From positions 32,001-96,000 of IMG/VR virus record IMGVR_UViG_3300001528_000425: a stretch of DNA of 64,000 bases; one strand, 5' to 3'. Below the pieces are notes generated by a model. It was given only the letters and a program-made list of their open reading frames with translations. It made no database searches and was not told the DNA's origin. Below are positions 59,501-64,000 of the stretch, piece by piece (position 1 is the first letter of the stretch; every line of letters starts with the position of its first letter). This DNA is from a virus (taxonomy: Duplodnaviria; Caudoviricetes). A program made the translations under genes and the position numbers.

Positions 59501-59989
59501 TCATCGTTCAACGATCACTTCAGGTGAAAATCCGAGTATCTTATCTTCGAAGAGAGAAGAGAAGGAAGCTGCTGCAGGTGGTAATTTATCCAATAGATTG
59601 GTATCGATTCCCATTTGACTGAACATCAGGTGATAGGATACCACCTGACCAGACCCGAGATCATCTTCCCCATTCAACTGAGATGCATCTTCCACCACGA
59701 TCTCCAGTGCTCCAGATGCCGTCTTGACTTCGGAAGCGACTCCTACTTTGACATAGAGGAATAGCGTCTGATTAGGACCAAAGAAATCTTCCAGCATATC
59801 CTGGAATGTAAACTTAACTGGTTTCAATTTCGGATAACGGGCCATCAGAAGAGCTTCAACATCCTTGCGACCAAGATCGATTTCAGCTTCTTGGACGATA
59901 TCGATCAATTTACCAACCGATGAAGGAGAGATCCGTCTACCGTAGACAGGAAGGGATCTCTCTGGTGCACGATCTATAACGAATAGCAT
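59501..59989 (-). CDS. Hypothetical protein
   Basis: 162 aa, aggagg RBS. Confidence 0.75.
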   Translation of the reverse strand: MLFVIDRAPERSLPVYGRRISPSSVGKLIDIVQEAEIDLGRKDVEALLMARYPKLKPVKFTFQDMLEDFFGPNQTLFLYVKVGVASEVKTASGALEIVVEDASQLNGEDDLGSGQVVSYHLMFSQMGIDTNLLDKLPPAAASFSSLFEDKILGFSPEVIVER

Positions 59990-60047
59990 AACGACCTCCT
60001 ATTTGCTATAGCATGTAGAGATAAGCTAACAAAAAATAAAGAAAGGT

Positions 60048-60077
60048 GTACGTAGGGAGTGGCCACTCCCTACGTAC
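60048..60077 (-). terminator. Perfect palindrome / terminator
   Basis: gtacgtagggagtgg|ccactccctacgtac plus T-tract. Confidence 0.7.
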
Positions 60078-60100
60078 GTCATAAGCGCTTATGATGATTG

Positions 60101-60538
60101 TTATTTGTCGGGTTCTGATTGCTGAAAGGCCTCCATCAGAGAGAATGTCTCCTTCTTTCCTTGTTCATCAACCAACGTCACAACCACGTCTTCGAGACGA
60201 TACCCCAATACCTTAAGGGTTGCCTCTTCCGCTCGATTGATTGTGATGTTTCCCTTTTGCAATGCTCTTGTCAGGTTACTACCTGTTGAGTCGATTTTAG
60301 TGGAATGTTCGTTCAATACCTCCAAGGCGTATTTACGGCATCTTCCACTAAAGTACTCTCGAGTAATTCGCTTTCTAACAAATATCAAGCGCAAGATTCT
60401 GTCCAGAAAACTTCTGGACTCTCGAACATCGGCTTCGGTGAACAACGGAGTTCCGCTCGTTCTCAGAGCTTCATCCACATCCACCTTAGGACCAGCGAAC
60501 ATGTTCGAGAATGACTCGTCGATGCTTGGTATTCGCAT
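60101..60538 (-). CDS. Hypothetical protein
   Basis: 145 aa. Confidence 0.7.
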   Translation of the reverse strand: MRIPSIDESFSNMFAGPKVDVDEALRTSGTPLFTEADVRESRSFLDRILRLIFVRKRITREYFSGRCRKYALEVLNEHSTKIDSTGSNLTRALQKGNITINRAEEATLKVLGYRLEDVVVTLVDEQGKKETFSLMEAFQQSEPDK

Positions 60539-60582
60539 GGGATGTGTTCCTCGTGGGTATGAGGGTTGTTAGTGTTCTTCTC

Positions 60583-61407
60583 TCATTTTAATCTTTTCTT
60601 GCGATATCTCCCTGTTATCACGTTGTAAGTTGTGTCAAGTAAACTACTGATGGAAGGATGAACGCCAGAGCGTTCCACCTGGATCAACAGTACATACCAT
60701 GTCAGGAACTGAACTCGATCTCGAATAAGCTCGATCGGTTCCCCGGTATGCCATCGATAGACCCACTCCACCTGGGTATCAAACCATTCAAAGATCCCAT
60801 TCCTGTCGAGTAGGATCTCATTTGGTTTATCCATCCGTTCGTTTAACTTCGATCGGAAATACAGATCTCTGCATGCAGATAGAAGCTTAGCCTCCGTTGG
60901 GATAATTACCCCATCTCTGGTGGTCAACAATGCTACCAAGGATTTTATCCGCTTCAGCATGTTGAGAGTACCAAGCTCGTGCTTGATGTTCATCAATAAC
61001 TGATGCATGATCAAATCTTTCGGGATGGTGGTAAAGTCCAACACCTGGTCGATCAAATGATCGTCTCCTATCCGATCTTTCGGTTCACTTCGTAATATAT
61101 ACTCCAAGAGGATATGATACTGATGCAAACGTTCCGATAGGATCTTTCGAATGATTCGATGATCGGCAGCATAGACTACCGTAGCCGTGATTGCTTCCAG
61201 TAGTGGATATGGAGGACGACTGATTGAGGTATCATCTACCCAGACATAAACTTGCCTTGCATAGATCTGCTCAGCGGTGATTTGTTCTGCAAGTAGATGA
61301 TACGCTCTATGGTCGAGCTTCTCTGGTTCCATCTGTGAGGTATCTGCAGGTTTCTTGAGTTCTCCGATCAGGTCTTGTAATAGACCTCGTCGAAAGATCG
61401 CAGTCAT
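60583..61407 (-). CDS. Hypothetical protein
   Basis: 274 aa, translationally adjacent to gyrB. Confidence 0.75.
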   Translation of the reverse strand: MTAIFRRGLLQDLIGELKKPADTSQMEPEKLDHRAYHLLAEQITAEQIYARQVYVWVDDTSISRPPYPLLEAITATVVYAADHRIIRKILSERLHQYHILLEYILRSEPKDRIGDDHLIDQVLDFTTIPKDLIMHQLLMNIKHELGTLNMLKRIKSLVALLTTRDGVIIPTEAKLLSACRDLYFRSKLNERMDKPNEILLDRNGIFEWFDTQVEWVYRWHTGEPIELIRDRVQFLTWYVLLIQVERSGVHPSISSLLDTTYNVITGRYRKKRLK

Positions 61408-61409
61408 GA

Positions 61410-63890
61410 TTACACCTCCACTTTTGCGACGATTACCTCGTCTCCTCCATCCACGTACTTGGAGTTGACCAGTTTCTTACGAGCTCCACTATCGACACCC
61501 AACATGTCGTAGATCTTCTCAACCGAGCCGATCCCGAGTAACCGAGTAAAACATCTCGTCGCTGGATTCACACAAGTGTATTCCAACGAGGGTCGATCCA
61601 TTTCACCCAGGCCTTTATACCGTTCAGCTCTGAATAGAGAATCCACAGTAGAAAAATCTCTGAAGAGTTTCATCGGTGTTGTCGGGGAGTTGATATAGAG
61701 TTCCGAGTGTTTCGTGGTAACGAACAGTTCGATGCTTCTCCAGTGGATGGCTTCATACTCCGGAAGCACCCAAGCACGAAGTTCTCGTGTCAAGTGTTCC
61801 AGAGGAATCGACATCTCGATGTCATCTGCAACCAACACCAGGTTATTCGTGGATTTCTGATGGACAGCATTGTCCATGTGCAGAGTGTCACAGATCTCCT
61901 TGATGTGTTTATCCGGACGATCCAGATACTGCACGACGTGCAACAGCTGTTCCAGCATCAAAGGTTCCACGTTGGTGGTTTTGGAAACACTGTTCAGGAC
62001 ATTACCGATACGAATCACGCGCTGACAGAACGCCTTGAACGCATCTCCATGCAAGGGAGCTGATTTATCTCCGACAGCCAGTTCGATCTCGAACAACTCT
62101 CGATAGATGTTATCGATCCTCGCTTCATCCATCGCCGCTTGATCTCGCAGGAACACCTTCCGATCTCTGGTTACAATGCCATACAGCGGAGGATTGGCGA
62201 TGTAGACACGACCTTGTTCCAGGATCAACGGATTGATCCGATAGATCATGCCAACTACGAGAGCAGCAATGTGAGCGCCATCATGGTCGGCGTCAGTGGC
62301 AATGATGAGTTTAGAGAAGTTCATATTGTCCAATGTCTTGTCCTTGGGACCAACACCGATCAATCGAACGAGATCCTGATAGATCAAGTTCTCAAACAAC
62401 TTCTCCCTGCTTCCTTTAATTGCATTGAAAGGTTTTCCTTTCAGTTTGAAGATAGCTTGGAAGTTCTCATCTCTCACCGCTTTAATACGACCACCAGCTG
62501 AATCACCTTCAGCGATGAACAGTTCTGTGATCGTACGATCGGTGGACTCACAACTGGCATACGCCGTCACGTTATTCAACGTGAATCCGATACCTTTCAA
62601 GCCGTGACCGACCTTCAAGTTTCGATTGGCATATTTGTTGTATTTCTCGACCAGGTCGTCAGCGAACTGTTCGAACATGGTTTCCCAAATAGCTTCTGGT
62701 TGTTTTGCCAGTTGTCTGCGCAATGACGACCGAAATGCCACTTCGAATTCCGTATCCTTGAACTGTCGTTTGTCCTGTCCGATGAAGGAAGCTCGTCTCC
62801 ATCCCACTATGATCGCTCCGGATATCGGTAGTTCGTAGTGATTCTCGAAGAACAGGAGCATATCCTTATCCTCGATGAACGGAGACAGATTCTGCTTCAA
62901 CATCATCATGACAGTCTTCATGTGAGAGGAATCCGGTTTATCGATCGGAGTTCGATTGATAGCTGCCAACAGGCCATGCTTGCTGGTACTCTTCTCATCC
63001 ATGAAGAATTCGATCGAATAGCTCAGACGATCTTCTTTGCTTTCCGATCTCTGCAATTTCTCCAGAGGACCCATCGTCCAAGTGACAGTCTTATTAAGAC
63101 CGAACACTTCCTGGACGTACTGCTGAACTGTGCGATTCGGATCGCTCTGATAGATCACCTCTCCTTGAGGAGTAGCGAGCTGTTTCCAGATCTCGTGTTT
63201 GTCCTGTTTCCAGAAAGATTCCGGAATCAATCCTTGATGCTTCCTTACCACGATCGTGATATTCTTAGAGAAGGTATCGACGAACTTGATCAACTTGATG
63301 TGTTGTTCGATACCTCCTTGTTCCAGAAAGTGAGGAGTCATCAACAGTACCGTAGGATCGGGTTCTAAGAACACGATGGTTCCATTTGTCTGATTGCTGG
63401 TATCAACACGTTTCTTTCGAATGTAGAGATCGGCCTTTTTGCCTTTCTTCATTTCGAAGTAACCGAACCCATCCGGACGTTTGGTCATGGCAACGAAGCG
63501 ATTCGACAAAGCCGCTGTCACCTTGGAGCCAACGCCGTTCGTACCAACACTGATCTCATAGGAGCCGTCTTCGTACTTACCAGAAGTGAACAGTTTGCTG
63601 AACGCTGGTTCCAGTTTCTCCAGAGGAACGCCACGGCCGTAGTCGCGAGTCACTGCCTGATAACGATTCCCTTGAACGAAGAACGTGACTTCGATCAGAT
63701 ACTTGTGATCTCTGTCAAGAGCTTCATCCACGGAGTTATCAAGAGTTTCTTTGAGCTGCATCACGTTGCCCTGGATCTCATCCGGGACAAATCCGTACAT
63801 ACCTGGTCTTGCTCGAACGTGTTCGATGCCTTCCATAGTACGGATAGCTGATGCGTTATAATCGGATTTTATCATTGGTTCTCCATCCAA
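61410..63890 (-). CDS. gyrB: Type IIA topoisomerase subunit B (GyrB/ParE-like)
   Basis: EHVRARPGMY, ETLDNSVDE, DYGRG, GTNGVG, AEGDSAGG, LKGK, TDADHDG, PPLY, RYKGLGEM. Confidence 0.95.
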   Translation of the reverse strand: MDGEPMIKSDYNASAIRTMEGIEHVRARPGMYGFVPDEIQGNVMQLKETLDNSVDEALDRDHKYLIEVTFFVQGNRYQAVTRDYGRGVPLEKLEPAFSKLFTSGKYEDGSYEISVGTNGVGSKVTAALSNRFVAMTKRPDGFGYFEMKKGKKADLYIRKKRVDTSNQTNGTIVFLEPDPTVLLMTPHFLEQGGIEQHIKLIKFVDTFSKNITIVVRKHQGLIPESFWKQDKHEIWKQLATPQGEVIYQSDPNRTVQQYVQEVFGLNKTVTWTMGPLEKLQRSESKEDRLSYSIEFFMDEKSTSKHGLLAAINRTPIDKPDSSHMKTVMMMLKQNLSPFIEDKDMLLFFENHYELPISGAIIVGWRRASFIGQDKRQFKDTEFEVAFRSSLRRQLAKQPEAIWETMFEQFADDLVEKYNKYANRNLKVGHGLKGIGFTLNNVTAYASCESTDRTITELFIAEGDSAGGRIKAVRDENFQAIFKLKGKPFNAIKGSREKLFENLIYQDLVRLIGVGPKDKTLDNMNFSKLIIATDADHDGAHIAALVVGMIYRINPLILEQGRVYIANPPLYGIVTRDRKVFLRDQAAMDEARIDNIYRELFEIELAVGDKSAPLHGDAFKAFCQRVIRIGNVLNSVSKTTNVEPLMLEQLLHVVQYLDRPDKHIKEICDTLHMDNAVHQKSTNNLVLVADDIEMSIPLEHLTRELRAWVLPEYEAIHWRSIELFVTTKHSELYINSPTTPMKLFRDFSTVDSLFRAERYKGLGEMDRPSLEYTCVNPATRCFTRLLGIGSVEKIYDMLGVDSGARKKLVNSKYVDGGDEVIVAKVEV

Positions 63891-64000
63891 ATGTGATTAG
63901 AGCTTAAAAGAATATTGAATCGTATTTGATAGTGATTCGATATAAAGTTTCACGTGAGGGATGTTATCGATCCACTTGTAATCAAATCCGTCAGGGTGAT

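Noticed and set aside
1-64000. Alternative genetic code / stop-codon recoding
   Set aside because: Long conserved genes are intact under code 11, and TAA, TAG and TGA all serve as stops

Overview
A 64-kb segment of a phiKZ-like (Chimalliviridae-type) jumbo bacteriophage genome, coded mostly on the minus strand. It carries replication and recombination genes: NAD-dependent ligase, the exonuclease/motif-A part of a split family-B DNA polymerase, RuvC, an SbcC-like ATPase, GyrA/GyrB-like topoisomerase subunits and dCMP deaminase. It also has two split multisubunit RNA-polymerase beta fragments and a virion module (terminase, prohead protease, portal, tail sheath and tube, baseplate-region proteins). 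Assignments to phiKZ orthologues rest on motifs and remembered synteny, not on a database search. The non-coding sequence is the most interesting part. (1) Two paralogous, highly structured ~350-420 nt RNAs (6930-7275 and 16617-17037) lie antisense to the surrounding genes, with conserved cores and compensatory base changes; I cannot assign them to a known family. (2) An ORF-less group IA2 intron (3617-3973) splits polymerase motif A. (3) A third, ~220-nt multi-branched RNA lies at 54774-54993. (4) phiKZ-type early promoters (TATATTAC-N5-TGAA), a putative late motif and about 20 long, near-perfect palindromic terminators are present. Also notable is a tandem pair of an active ClpP-like protease and an inactive ClpR-like paralog beside the prohead protease, both carrying head-maturation (S/A/G-x-E) cleavage motifs.
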